Assembly (NCBI GenBank): GCA_026391215.1
Contig: JAPLDX010000052.1
Span: forward strand, 1 to 25,191
Source: Bacteroidia bacterium
Lineage (GTDB): Bacteria; Bacteroidota; Bacteroidia; Bacteroidales; VadinHA17
Length of the DNA: 25,191 bases
Direction: 5' to 3'
The notes beneath the pieces were generated by a model. It saw nothing but the letters and a program-made list of their open reading frames with translations. It was not told where the DNA came from and ran no database searches. Within the stretch, counting starts at the first letter, position 1, and each line of letters begins with the position of its first letter. Below are positions 8,128-17,534 of this stretch, in pieces. Both the position numbers and the translations under genes were made by a program.

Positions 8128-10890
8128 TTATTTAATCACCTTTTGAAAAGTTCTGTACTTAAGGAAAGCTGCAGTGCAAAGGGATATCATAACTATGATT
8201 GCAACATAAACAAATCCTGGTATCGGCACCGGATCCCCACCCGCATAAGAATGTAGCCCTGACAAATAATAATTTACTCCGAAATATGTCATCAGCACTG
8301 ATGAAAAAGCAAAAAGAGACAATAGATTAAAGGTATAGATGTCTTTTAAACCCGGTATCAGTCGGGAATGCGTGACAAACGCATATACAATTATAGTTAT
8401 CAGCGACCATGTTTCTTTTGGATCCCAGCCCCAGTACCTTCCCCATGACTCATTTGCCCAGACAGCTCCAAGAAATGTTCCGATAGTAAGAAAATATAAA
8501 CCCAGAGTAAGGGTTTTGTAATTTATTACTGTCAGCTCATCAATAGTGTTGGATATTCTCTCACGATTCCTGGTTCCTGAAAGAGAAATAAGGACCAGAC
8601 TGATGATTCCGAGTATTGCTCCCAGGCCAAGAAATCCATAACTACCTGTTATTACCGAAACATGAAGTGTGAGCCAGTAAGACTGCAGAACCGGTACAAG
8701 ACTTGTTATCTCGGGATCCATGAAACTGAGATGAGCCACAAGAAGAGTCAGACCTGCCAGAACTGCGGTCGCGGAAAGAGTAAAAGCCGATTTCCGGCTG
8801 AAAATGAATCCTGCCAGGATCGTCACCCATGAAATGAATATCATTGACTCATAACCGTTACTCATGGGTGAATGACCAGAAATGTACCATCTCAGTCCAA
8901 GTCCAAAGGTGTGAAAGAGAAATCCAGTGAAAAGAAGCCAGCTTAAGATCTTAACGATAAGCAAAATCCCTTTTCTCCCTCTTATAACTGTAATAATCAG
9001 GATTATAAGCATGATCAATCCTGTCGTAGCATAAAAAGGGAAGAGTTTTTCAAATATGCCAATCTTATAATATAGCATCTCAGCTTTAATCTTAAATCCT
9101 GAAGGAAGAGAATACCCTGCAAACCTGCTCTGATAAGCGCTTATTGATTCTGCCAGCTGACGGACATTTGCATTGTTATTTGCCTGCAAAGCTTCCGAAA
9201 GCAATGGGAAAACACTATTAAGGTAAACAGAATCTTCACTGCTGACAGCCGTCTTTAAAGCCTCTTCAGGCAAACCCCAGTTTTGTGTTCCATCCCTGAG
9301 AGGAAACATTTTCAGAAAATCTCCCCGGTATATCATATAAACGATGTTCACCCTTTCATCCACCTTCATTATTTCCTTATCCTTCTTATTTCTTTCTCCC
9401 GGTGATTTTAAATAAGCTCCATTTACCTCTTCGGATAATATGTAAACACCTCTCCCTCTCATATCAACCAGGTCGGAAAAAGAAGCCATGTTTCCCCTGA
9501 TACCCAGACTTTTCTGCAGCTCAGTGTTTGATACCCGGATCAACGGAAAGTCCATCCAGTTATCAAAATCAAGAAAGAGCCCCAGAAAAACCTGCATCGA
9601 TGTATATCCCTCAAATTTATTTTCCCGGGTGACTTTGCGAAGTATATCGTTGCTTAATGCAAATAAAGGTTTTGTTCTTCCTTTCTGATCCTGGATAAGA
9701 ACTTTCCCGAATTCTTCAGAGCTTTCCTTACCAGGTACGAATTCCTGACCATAGGATGAAGAAAAGCCTGAAACAATCAGCAGAAAGATAACTGCCGTTA
9801 CACCTTTTCGCAACGGAGAATTCCATGAAGATGATTTAATATTCCTGAATGATGAGGTTTTTATTAAAAGCGAAAGAATAATAAAAAGGAACAATAATGC
9901 ATAACCGGTATAAGTTACGATCATTCCAGCCATATCATGATTGACTGAAAGGATAGTCCCTTTTTCGTCCTGATCGTATGATGACTGGTAGAACCTGAAT
10001 CCTCTGTACTTAAGGATATTATTCATGAAAATTAAAAATGGTTTCTCATCATTTCCTGTTTTATCAATTACTGTGACATCACTCTTATAACCTGAAGGAC
10101 TTGTTGAGCCGGGATAGTGTTCAAGGATAAAATCATTTAGCTTCAGGCTGAATGGAAGTTCTGTTATTTTTGATCCATAGGCTATCTTAAATTCGAGATT
10201 ACCCATCATGCAGGAGGCTGTTGAAATATTTTCTGACTGACGATCCCACAGATAAACTGTTTTCTGATCTTTTCCTGAGGTAAGATTAAAAACAAAGGCA
10301 TTTTGTCCTGTCTCCTGCTGATCAGGATCAACAGATACCGGCTCTCCGTCAGGATCATCTGTAACAGCTTCAACAGCATTGGGTATTATCTGCGATAAGC
10401 TAAGGATATAATCCCTGGTCCCGGAATTGATCTTCCTTCTGTATTTTTGAGATGACAGGGATGCAGTGTTATACAACCTGGACTCTTCTGCAATGGTTTC
10501 TCCACTCTCATTGATCACAGAGTAATTTATATATTTTTCATCCGAAAAACATATATTTTTGGCCTCTCCCTCCCTGATATGAATTGTCCCCTCCCATCCT
10601 GAATATCTTGTAATTCCTGCTCCTATGATCATCATGATAAATGAAAGATGAAAAAGGGCAACAGGTAGTTTTTCTTTTCTGAACAGCTTAAAAATTATCA
10701 GCCGGCCAATAAGATTGACAGCAAGAAGCACAAGGATCAGCTCAAACCACCTGGTATTATAGACCAGGCCGTATGAGGCTGAAGAACCAAAATCGTTCCC
10801 AATGAATGTTGCAATTGCCATTGCAGCTGCAAAGACACAAAACAGTATACCCATGAAAACGGGTGAAAAAAGGAACCTGGCAATCTTCAT
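8128..10890 (-). CDS. ccsBA: Fused cytochrome c biogenesis protein CcsBA (System II; ResB + CcsA)
   Basis: N-terminal ResB-like region (FHLSF, FYQSSYD); C-terminal WWD domain WANESWGRYWGWDPKETW; His motifs LHVS and GLHSYA. Confidence 0.95.
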   Translation of the reverse strand: MKIARFLFSPVFMGILFCVFAAAMAIATFIGNDFGSSASYGLVYNTRWFELILVLLAVNLIGRLIIFKLFRKEKLPVALFHLSFIMMIIGAGITRYSGWEGTIHIREGEAKNICFSDEKYINYSVINESGETIAEESRLYNTASLSSQKYRRKINSGTRDYILSLSQIIPNAVEAVTDDPDGEPVSVDPDQQETGQNAFVFNLTSGKDQKTVYLWDRQSENISTASCMMGNLEFKIAYGSKITELPFSLKLNDFILEHYPGSTSPSGYKSDVTVIDKTGNDEKPFLIFMNNILKYRGFRFYQSSYDQDEKGTILSVNHDMAGMIVTYTGYALLFLFIILSLLIKTSSFRNIKSSSWNSPLRKGVTAVIFLLIVSGFSSSYGQEFVPGKESSEEFGKVLIQDQKGRTKPLFALSNDILRKVTRENKFEGYTSMQVFLGLFLDFDNWMDFPLIRVSNTELQKSLGIRGNMASFSDLVDMRGRGVYILSEEVNGAYLKSPGERNKKDKEIMKVDERVNIVYMIYRGDFLKMFPLRDGTQNWGLPEEALKTAVSSEDSVYLNSVFPLLSEALQANNNANVRQLAESISAYQSRFAGYSLPSGFKIKAEMLYYKIGIFEKLFPFYATTGLIMLIILIITVIRGRKGILLIVKILSWLLFTGFLFHTFGLGLRWYISGHSPMSNGYESMIFISWVTILAGFIFSRKSAFTLSATAVLAGLTLLVAHLSFMDPEITSLVPVLQSYWLTLHVSVITGSYGFLGLGAILGIISLVLISLSGTRNRERISNTIDELTVINYKTLTLGLYFLTIGTFLGAVWANESWGRYWGWDPKETWSLITIIVYAFVTHSRLIPGLKDIYTFNLLSLFAFSSVLMTYFGVNYYLSGLHSYAGGDPVPIPGFVYVAIIVMISLCTAAFLKYRTFQKVIK

Positions 10891-10909
10891 TGTACAAATA
10901 GTTTAATGG

Positions 10910-11527
10910 TCATTGTTCCTCTGACTCCTGATACCCGGAGATTAACCCTCTGAAAAGAGATCCTGGTTTTGGCCCGATGGTGCAGCAATAAACATGAATA
11001 ATCAAAAACACAGAGACCAAGAATCCAAGTATTATATGCAGTATATCTGTAAAAATGAATAATCCTGTCCCGAATACTATAATAACTTTCAGATCCTGGA
11101 ACAACATAATGATACCGGATAGAATAAGCAGTGGCATTATGATATACATGATGAGATTATAAGACACTTTCTCCAGAGGATTGAATTTATTATCCATTGT
11201 GACAGGGAAGGGCTGCTTTTCTTTCCTGAACATCCCATATAAGAAATATTTTAATTGTTTACCGGTACCTGAAAAGAGATTCTTTTTACTAATCCTGTAG
11301 TATTTGCTATTCCCGGTAACAATATTACCTGCAACAAAAGCTATATAGCTGATTGTAAGTATTATCGCTGCAACATCATGTAACCTTGCAGATCCGGCAA
11401 ATCCGGCGGTCAGCAGTGGATGATCAGCATCTGCAAATTGCATGGCTGCTCCTGTGATAATAAGGATCATGATCAATATCGCATTAACAAAATGCCACAG
11501 CCTGATCCATAGAGGATATAGATACAT
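10910..11527 (-). CDS. Diheme cytochrome b membrane subunit (HydC/FdnI-like family; CbcB-like)
   Basis: Four hydrophobic segments with four candidate heme-ligand His (RLWH, RLHD, ILHI, IIHVY); KFNPLEK loop motif; 205 aa. Confidence 0.88.
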   Translation of the reverse strand: MYLYPLWIRLWHFVNAILIMILIITGAAMQFADADHPLLTAGFAGSARLHDVAAIILTISYIAFVAGNIVTGNSKYYRISKKNLFSGTGKQLKYFLYGMFRKEKQPFPVTMDNKFNPLEKVSYNLIMYIIMPLLILSGIIMLFQDLKVIIVFGTGLFIFTDILHIILGFLVSVFLIIHVYCCTIGPKPGSLFRGLISGYQESEEQ

Positions 11528-11543
11528 CTCCTTTGTTTGTAAA

Positions 11544-12518
11544 TTATTTTCTGATAACCCTGAATAAGATATGTACGCCGATTATAGTCATTATGCCGGC
11601 AAAGAATATCAGAATTATATTATCCAGATATTTATTCCTGTTTGCCCCTATAATGTTCAGTCCATTTATAATAACGGTATTATCAAATTTCCGGTTGCCC
11701 TTATCCGTGGGTTTTATTGTCAGCAATGAAGTCATTGTGTCTGCATTCCCTGTATGGCATTTCCTGCAATCCCTTACCGCTGCCTCCTCAGGCATCACAT
11801 AATGGGGAACCAATATGTTTTCATTTACCTTCGTATGGCACTCGATGCATCTGACACTTTCGAAATGTATAGACTGATGCGGGAGCCATTTATGCGCCTT
11901 GCTGAGTTTTATTTTTCCACGATCCGAAAATTGCTTAAACCGGTCATAATCAGCATGACAACCGAGACAAATTGAATTATCGTACAGGACAGTTTCTTTC
12001 ATGTCTTTGCTGTTTCTGAAGCTAAGCCTGTAACTATGCGGATCGTGGCACTCCCAGCAGTTAAATCCCTGCTCCTCAAGCCTGAAATGCACACTTTTCC
12101 GGAATTCCCTGTCAATTTCTTCGAATTTAAAAACTGCAGAGGCTGCATCACCGCCATGACAATCGAGACAATTGAAGTGCGGCTCTTTTTTCAGCTCTTC
12201 AGGATGCGGGAAGCTTTGAAATTGAGATGAATGGCAATCGGTACAGCTGAAGCCCTTGTGGTTCGATGCATAAAACTTATCCCTGCTCAGTATATCTCCG
12301 GGATGCATTGCAGCTTTCACCTGTTTGCCGGAAGTCTCATTCATATATTCATATTTCTTCTCAGCATGGCATTTGAAACAAAGCTCATTATCTTCCTTAT
12401 ATGGAGAAACAAATAAAATGGTGTCCTGTAAAAAAGCTTCATTCTTTTCAAATGCGTACGAAGCAGAAGGGAAAAAATTTAAAATCAGCAACGGCAAGCT
12501 GAAGCTTAAATATCTCAT
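11544..12518 (-). CDS. Periplasmic heptaheme cytochrome c with C-terminal membrane anchor (CbcA-like)
   Basis: Signal peptide; seven CxxCH motifs (CFKCH, CTDCH, CLDCH, CWECH, CLGCH, CIECH, CRKCH); many additional His; C-terminal TM helix containing His (IIGVHILFR). Confidence 0.92.
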   Translation of the reverse strand: MRYLSFSLPLLILNFFPSASYAFEKNEAFLQDTILFVSPYKEDNELCFKCHAEKKYEYMNETSGKQVKAAMHPGDILSRDKFYASNHKGFSCTDCHSSQFQSFPHPEELKKEPHFNCLDCHGGDAASAVFKFEEIDREFRKSVHFRLEEQGFNCWECHDPHSYRLSFRNSKDMKETVLYDNSICLGCHADYDRFKQFSDRGKIKLSKAHKWLPHQSIHFESVRCIECHTKVNENILVPHYVMPEEAAVRDCRKCHTGNADTMTSLLTIKPTDKGNRKFDNTVIINGLNIIGANRNKYLDNIILIFFAGIMTIIGVHILFRVIRK

Positions 12519-12520
12519 AG

Positions 12521-14299
12521 TCAGAATTTATAAGAATTATCCTCTATCAATTTATCTGCGATCCTCCTTCTGGAGTCTTTTACATTTATTCCCCTGATCT
12601 TTGTAAGGTCATCAACAGCCTTTATCAGCTCAGGAGACTTTTCTTCAGATGCAAAAGAATAAACTGCATCATATGCCGATTTCCTGATAATCTCTGCGGT
12701 ATCATATATATTCACGTCAAGAATATCTTTAAATACCGGGGTATTGCCTTTGATAGTATCCAGCTTTTCTACCCTGAGTGAAAGAGATTCTGAGACATAG
12801 GTTTCCATCATCATGTCGGCAATATTGTTCAGTATTTCCTGCTCATTGATAAGCTTTTTATCAAATTGTTTTACAGCGCCATGGATGCATAACAGGATAA
12901 CCTTTTTGAAATTGTCAATATACCTTGTTTTTTCTGTGAAGTAACTTTCACTCACTATTTCACCGGTCGAAATTTTATCAACTCCGTTAAACAGAGTTTC
13001 AGCCTTTCCGAAAAGGTCGAAATCACCTTTCATTGCCCTTTTCATTGCTGTATCAACAACAAGGAGCCGGTTAATCTCATTTGTTCCTTCGAAAATCCTG
13101 TTTATCCTTGAATCACGGTAACATCTCTCGACATCCATTTCTGCTGAATATCCCATTCCTCCATGGATCTGTACTGCCTCGTCAGCTACAAAATCGAGCA
13201 TTTCCGATCCGAAAACCTTGAGTATTGCAGCTTCTACTGCATAATGACTTATAGCTTCAATTGTTGCGCGGCCCGTATCACCACTATCTGCTTTCAGCTT
13301 GCTGATCAGATCGTCAATATCTTTGCTTACTCTATAAACAGCTGATTCTGAAGCATAAAGTCTTATCACCTGTGAGGCTAGCTTATGCTTTATCGCACCG
13401 AAAGAAGATATCAGAACTCCGAACTGTTTGCGTTCATTGGCATATTTTACTGAGTCGGTAATAGCCTTTTTCGCTGCACCAATGACATTTGCACCAAGTT
13501 TTATCCTGCCCATGTGAAGAATGCTCAATGCTATCCTGAAGCCTTCCCCTCTTTTCCCCAGCAGGTTTTCGACAGGCACTTTCACCTCATTATAATAGAT
13601 CTGTGCAGTTGAAGAGCCTTTAATTCCCATTTTATGTTCATCCGGTCCGATAACTACTCCTGGCAAAGCTGACTCAACAATAAAAGCGCTGAGGACCCTG
13701 TCAATATCTATCTTGGCAAAGACCACCTGGGTGTCAGCGAAACCGGCATTGGTGATCCACATTTTCTGACCATTCAGAATATAATGTTTCCCGTCTTCCG
13801 ACAGTTTTGCATTTGTCTTTCCTGAATTGGCATCGCTGCCGGCTCCCGGTTCTGTGAGACAATAAGAGCCCAGTAATTCCCCTGACGCCAGCTTTGGAAT
13901 ATACCTTTCACGCTGGTCCTTATTGCCGTAATACAGTATCGGCAGGGTACCTATGCCACAGTGTGCCATGAAAGCAACCGAAAAAGAAAATCCTGCTCCG
14001 GTTGTCTCTGCAACAAGCATCTGGGTAACAAATGACTGGCCAAAGCCTCCGAATTCTTCAGGAACAGAAATTCCCATCAGGCCCAGCTCTCCTGCCTTTT
14101 TGAGAATCTGTTTCATCAAAACACGATCGCCTTTTTCGAGATCAGCCATCCTGGGATAAACTTCAGCTTCAAGAAAATCCCGGCAGGTCTGGGCGATCAT
14201 CCGCTGCTCCTCATTGAATTCTTCAGGTATGAAAATATCCTTTGCTTTAATATCACTTACCAGGAATTCACCGCTTTTCAGGACTTTTCTATCTTCCAT
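12521..14299 (-). CDS. Acyl-CoA dehydrogenase (long, about 590-aa FadE/AcdA type)
   Basis: Motifs YCLTEPGAGSD, LNGQKMWITN, KMGIKGSST, QIHGGMGYS, RINRIFEGTNEINR. Confidence 0.96.
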   Translation of the reverse strand: MEDRKVLKSGEFLVSDIKAKDIFIPEEFNEEQRMIAQTCRDFLEAEVYPRMADLEKGDRVLMKQILKKAGELGLMGISVPEEFGGFGQSFVTQMLVAETTGAGFSFSVAFMAHCGIGTLPILYYGNKDQRERYIPKLASGELLGSYCLTEPGAGSDANSGKTNAKLSEDGKHYILNGQKMWITNAGFADTQVVFAKIDIDRVLSAFIVESALPGVVIGPDEHKMGIKGSSTAQIYYNEVKVPVENLLGKRGEGFRIALSILHMGRIKLGANVIGAAKKAITDSVKYANERKQFGVLISSFGAIKHKLASQVIRLYASESAVYRVSKDIDDLISKLKADSGDTGRATIEAISHYAVEAAILKVFGSEMLDFVADEAVQIHGGMGYSAEMDVERCYRDSRINRIFEGTNEINRLLVVDTAMKRAMKGDFDLFGKAETLFNGVDKISTGEIVSESYFTEKTRYIDNFKKVILLCIHGAVKQFDKKLINEQEILNNIADMMMETYVSESLSLRVEKLDTIKGNTPVFKDILDVNIYDTAEIIRKSAYDAVYSFASEEKSPELIKAVDDLTKIRGINVKDSRRRIADKLIEDNSYKF

Positions 14300-14323
14300 T
14301 TTTGTAAGTTTTATGTTATCTGT

Positions 14324-16411
14324 TTATAATCCAAGTGATTGTGCAACAAGCTCTGCAATATCAAGGTTCCTTATATCCTCTTCCCTGTTTTTATATTTCA
14401 GTCCATCGGTAAGCATTGTCATACAGAAAGGACAAGCTGATGCAATTACTGATGCTCCCGTTTTAAGGGCATCTTCGGTCCTTTCAATGAAAATTTCCTT
14501 TTCACCTTTTTCAGCTTCCTTAAACATCTGGGCGCCTCCGGCCCCGCAACATAATGAAAAACTTAAGCTTCTGTCCATCTCAGTAAAATTTCCGGTCAGG
14601 TTTTTTAATATTGAACGTGGTTCATCATAAATATCGTTTGCCCTGCCAAGATAACAAGGATCATGATAGGTTACCGAGACATTTTTCAATGCTGCCGGAT
14701 CAAGCTTCAGCTTGCCATCATCCATGTACCTAGTCAGGAGCTGAAGATAGCTGATAACTTCAAAATTCCCTCCCAGATCCGGATATTCATTCCTGAAAAT
14801 ATTGAAACAGTGCGGACAGACAGTAATTATCCTGCTGACTTCATATTTTTTGAAAACACCTATCACCTGAAAAGCCTGCATCTGATAAAGCAACTCGTTG
14901 CCGGCTCGCCGGGCAGGATCACCGCTGCAAGTCTCTTCCTTTCCAAGAACAGCATAGCTTACATTTAAATGTGACAGGATTTTTACGAAGGATCTGACTA
15001 CCTTTTTATACCTGTCATCGAAAGCTCCTGCACAGCCTATCCATAGGAGATATTCGGGCTTTTTACCTCTTGAAGTGATGTCCGACATTACCGGTATTTC
15101 CAAATCTTTAGCCCAGTTAAGACGGTCCTCGGCAGAATATTGCCATGGGGCTCCGTTGTTTTCAATATTATTAAACATCGCTTTCAGCCCGCCGGGTGCT
15201 GATGCTTCCTCCAGCACAAGATACCTGCGCATGTCAACTATCAGGGAGGGTTGATTTATGTTTATGGGACACTCCCTTGCACATGCATTGCAGGTTGTAC
15301 ATGCCCACAGCTCTTCTTCCGAAATATAATCTCTTAATAATGAGCGATTATCATTGAATTCCCTGCCTCCCGATAGCGATCGGGACCTGACCATCAGTGG
15401 TCCTTTCTCCTTCATCCTTGCCCTCAGGTCCATCATTATTTTCCTTGGAGACAATTTCTTGCCCGTAATATTTGCAGGACATACTGATGTGCATCTGCCG
15501 CACTCGGTGCATGACAATGAATCAAAATAGTTCTTCCAGGTTGAATCTTCCACATCCTTTATTCCAAATCGTTCAGCAGGCACATCAGCAGGAGCAGGAG
15601 CAGGTGCAGCAGGATCTAGCATCAGCTTTACCTCCCTGGTTATATTATCCATGTTGGTAAGCTTGCCAAGAGGCTCAAGCCGTGAAAGGAAAACATTCGG
15701 CACTGACATAAAAACATGGAAATGCTTTGAATAGGGAAGATAGTTGGCAAAGAAGAATATGAGGAGAATATGAGCCCACCACGAAACCTCATAAATGATC
15801 CTTGAACTTTCAGCAGGGACAGGGATCAAAGTGATCAGTATCCTTGCAACAGGATAAATCCCCTCGATGGAACCCCCGGTTGCTTCCTGGTAACCAAGAT
15901 ATCCCATATTCATCGTTATCAGGGAGATCATAAGCAGGAGAATGAGGGTGAGAGCCGCAGCGGCATCGAGATGAGATCTTCTTTTCATTTCAATTCCTTC
16001 GAATCGCCTGATATGAAAAAAGATACGACGTGACAGGAAAACAATTATTGAAACTGCCACCAGCAGGGCAAAAATATCCCCGGAAACCATAATAATGTCA
16101 TGCAGGGGACCAAGGAATTTAAGGGCTTTTTCCGTTCCTGCCAGACCATCAATTACCATTTCAATGCTCCCGATTAAAATGACACAGAATCCCCAGAATA
16201 CAAGTGCATGAAAAAAACCGATGACAGGCCTCCGGAATATCTTTGCCTGCCCGAAAGCCACCCTCATCATTATACCAAATCTCTTTCCGAAATCCCTGAC
16301 AGTGAAAGCAGGCCTGGTAAGCTTGAAGTAGCTAATTATTCTGTTAATTGTATAGAAGAATACTCCGAAAGTAATCAGAAGCGTAACCGCAAAAACAATT
16401 TGCCTTGTCAT
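14324..16411 (-). CDS. Membrane-bound heme b/FeS/CCG oxidoreductase (FadF / DUF224 / EMO-type ETF:quinone oxidoreductase)
   Basis: N-terminal TM domain with His (FFHALVFWGF, WWAH, SKHFH); two 4Fe-4S motifs (CTECGRCTSVCP, CTTCNACARECP); two CCG domains (CSG...CPHC; HDPC...CCG...CPFC); lies between etfA and the acyl-CoA dehydrogenase. Confidence 0.9.
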   Translation of the reverse strand: MTRQIVFAVTLLITFGVFFYTINRIISYFKLTRPAFTVRDFGKRFGIMMRVAFGQAKIFRRPVIGFFHALVFWGFCVILIGSIEMVIDGLAGTEKALKFLGPLHDIIMVSGDIFALLVAVSIIVFLSRRIFFHIRRFEGIEMKRRSHLDAAAALTLILLLMISLITMNMGYLGYQEATGGSIEGIYPVARILITLIPVPAESSRIIYEVSWWAHILLIFFFANYLPYSKHFHVFMSVPNVFLSRLEPLGKLTNMDNITREVKLMLDPAAPAPAPADVPAERFGIKDVEDSTWKNYFDSLSCTECGRCTSVCPANITGKKLSPRKIMMDLRARMKEKGPLMVRSRSLSGGREFNDNRSLLRDYISEEELWACTTCNACARECPININQPSLIVDMRRYLVLEEASAPGGLKAMFNNIENNGAPWQYSAEDRLNWAKDLEIPVMSDITSRGKKPEYLLWIGCAGAFDDRYKKVVRSFVKILSHLNVSYAVLGKEETCSGDPARRAGNELLYQMQAFQVIGVFKKYEVSRIITVCPHCFNIFRNEYPDLGGNFEVISYLQLLTRYMDDGKLKLDPAALKNVSVTYHDPCYLGRANDIYDEPRSILKNLTGNFTEMDRSLSFSLCCGAGGAQMFKEAEKGEKEIFIERTEDALKTGASVIASACPFCMTMLTDGLKYKNREEDIRNLDIAELVAQSLGL
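15368..15385. repeat. 18-bp palindrome tcccgatagcgatcggga in frame within the oxidoreductase CDS
   Basis: Arms tcccgat/atcggga around a 4-nt loop; occupies six whole codons (SRSLSG) of the minus-strand CDS; same arms as 1296-1311. Confidence 0.6.
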
Positions 16412-16443
16412 AATTTACAAATATCCAATAACTTGCAAACTTT

Positions 16444-16538
16444 CTTTGTGATACTTTGTGATTCCTTTGTGTTACTTTGTGGTTAACTTTTTGTTTTACC
16501 ACAAAGGGACACCAAGGTCATCACAAAGGAACACAAAG
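16444..16538. repeat. Intergenic palindromic element: 4x CTTTGTG facing 4x CACAAAG, 10-12 bp spacing
   Basis: ctttgtg at 16444, 16454, 16465, 16475; cacaaag at 16500, 16522, 16532 and caccaag at 16510. Confidence 0.85.
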
Positions 16539-16541
16539 ATT

Positions 16542-17510
16542 TTACTTTTTAAGTTCTTTAACAGCATTAATAAGTTTTGGTAATATCTTCATTGCATCAC
16601 CGACGATACCATACTGGGCTGCTTCAAATATCGGTGCCTCCTTATCGTTGTTGATGGCAACAATATATTTTGAACCGCTAATGCCTGCAAGATGCTGAGT
16701 TGCTCCGGATATACCGACAGCTATATAAAGGTTAGGTGCAATTATCTTACCTGTCTGACCTGTATGCTCTTCGTGAGGCCGCCATCCTTCATCTGAGACA
16801 GGTCTTGAACAGGCCGTCGCTCCGCCAAGGACATTTGCAAGTTCGGTCAGAGGTGCCCAGTTATCAGGTGATTTCATTCCTCTTCCACCCGAGACGACTA
16901 TATCAGCGTCAGTCAGCAATATTTTGTCTGTTTGTTTCAGTACATTCTGGACTTTTGTCCTGGCAAGTGAACTGTCAACATTAACAGTCATCTTTTCAAT
17001 AGTTGAGTTATCAACTGTCTCGATCAATTCGAATGAGTTCTGTGCAAGGGTGAGTATTTTTATTTCGGATTTAATAACGACATGGGCAAAAGCATTTCCG
17101 GAATAGGTTTTTTTATAGACCGTAAATGGATTTGTGTTAAGAGGCAATCTGCTCACACCTGATCCTACACCAGCTCTCAGCTTTACTGATAACCTTGGGG
17201 CAACTGCTTTACCGGTATTATTATTTGAGATTATTATAACTGAAGAGTTTTCTTTCTTTGCTATCTCTGAAATAACACTCGAATAAGCCTGACTATCAAG
17301 GATTTTTAGTAATTCATTTTCGACACTTATTATCTTGCCTGCTCCGTATCTGCCAAGTTTTATCAGTTCTGAGTCCTCAATTTTTCCTATAGAAAGGGCT
17401 GTAACAGAGGTATTTATCATTTTTGCAACCTCAGATGCGTACGAGACAAGCTCAAATGAAAGTTTCTTGAATTTTCCGTCCCAATTTTCGGTATAAACTA
17501 ATACTGACAT
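16542..17510 (-). CDS. etfA: Electron transfer flavoprotein alpha subunit
   Basis: ADIVVSGGRG, GQTGK, LYIAVGISGATQHLAG, VAINND motifs. Confidence 0.96.
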   Translation of the reverse strand: MSVLVYTENWDGKFKKLSFELVSYASEVAKMINTSVTALSIGKIEDSELIKLGRYGAGKIISVENELLKILDSQAYSSVISEIAKKENSSVIIISNNNTGKAVAPRLSVKLRAGVGSGVSRLPLNTNPFTVYKKTYSGNAFAHVVIKSEIKILTLAQNSFELIETVDNSTIEKMTVNVDSSLARTKVQNVLKQTDKILLTDADIVVSGGRGMKSPDNWAPLTELANVLGGATACSRPVSDEGWRPHEEHTGQTGKIIAPNLYIAVGISGATQHLAGISGSKYIVAINNDKEAPIFEAAQYGIVGDAMKILPKLINAVKELKK

Positions 17511-17534
17511 ATCATTATAGTTTTATCTTATGAA

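Noticed and set aside
11528-11533. AAGGAG Shine-Dalgarno-like sequence before the cytochrome b ATG as a sign of horizontal origin
   Set aside because: It abuts the start codon with no spacer, so it cannot act as an SD; not evidence of transfer.
15580-15615. gcagga-type microrepeat encoding PAAPAPAPAD in the oxidoreductase
   Set aside because: Ordinary low-complexity Pro/Ala linker between the membrane and FeS domains; frame-preserving.
16444-16538. Phased heptamer array as a mini-CRISPR
   Set aside because: Units are 7 bp with 3-5 bp spacers arranged as inverted halves.
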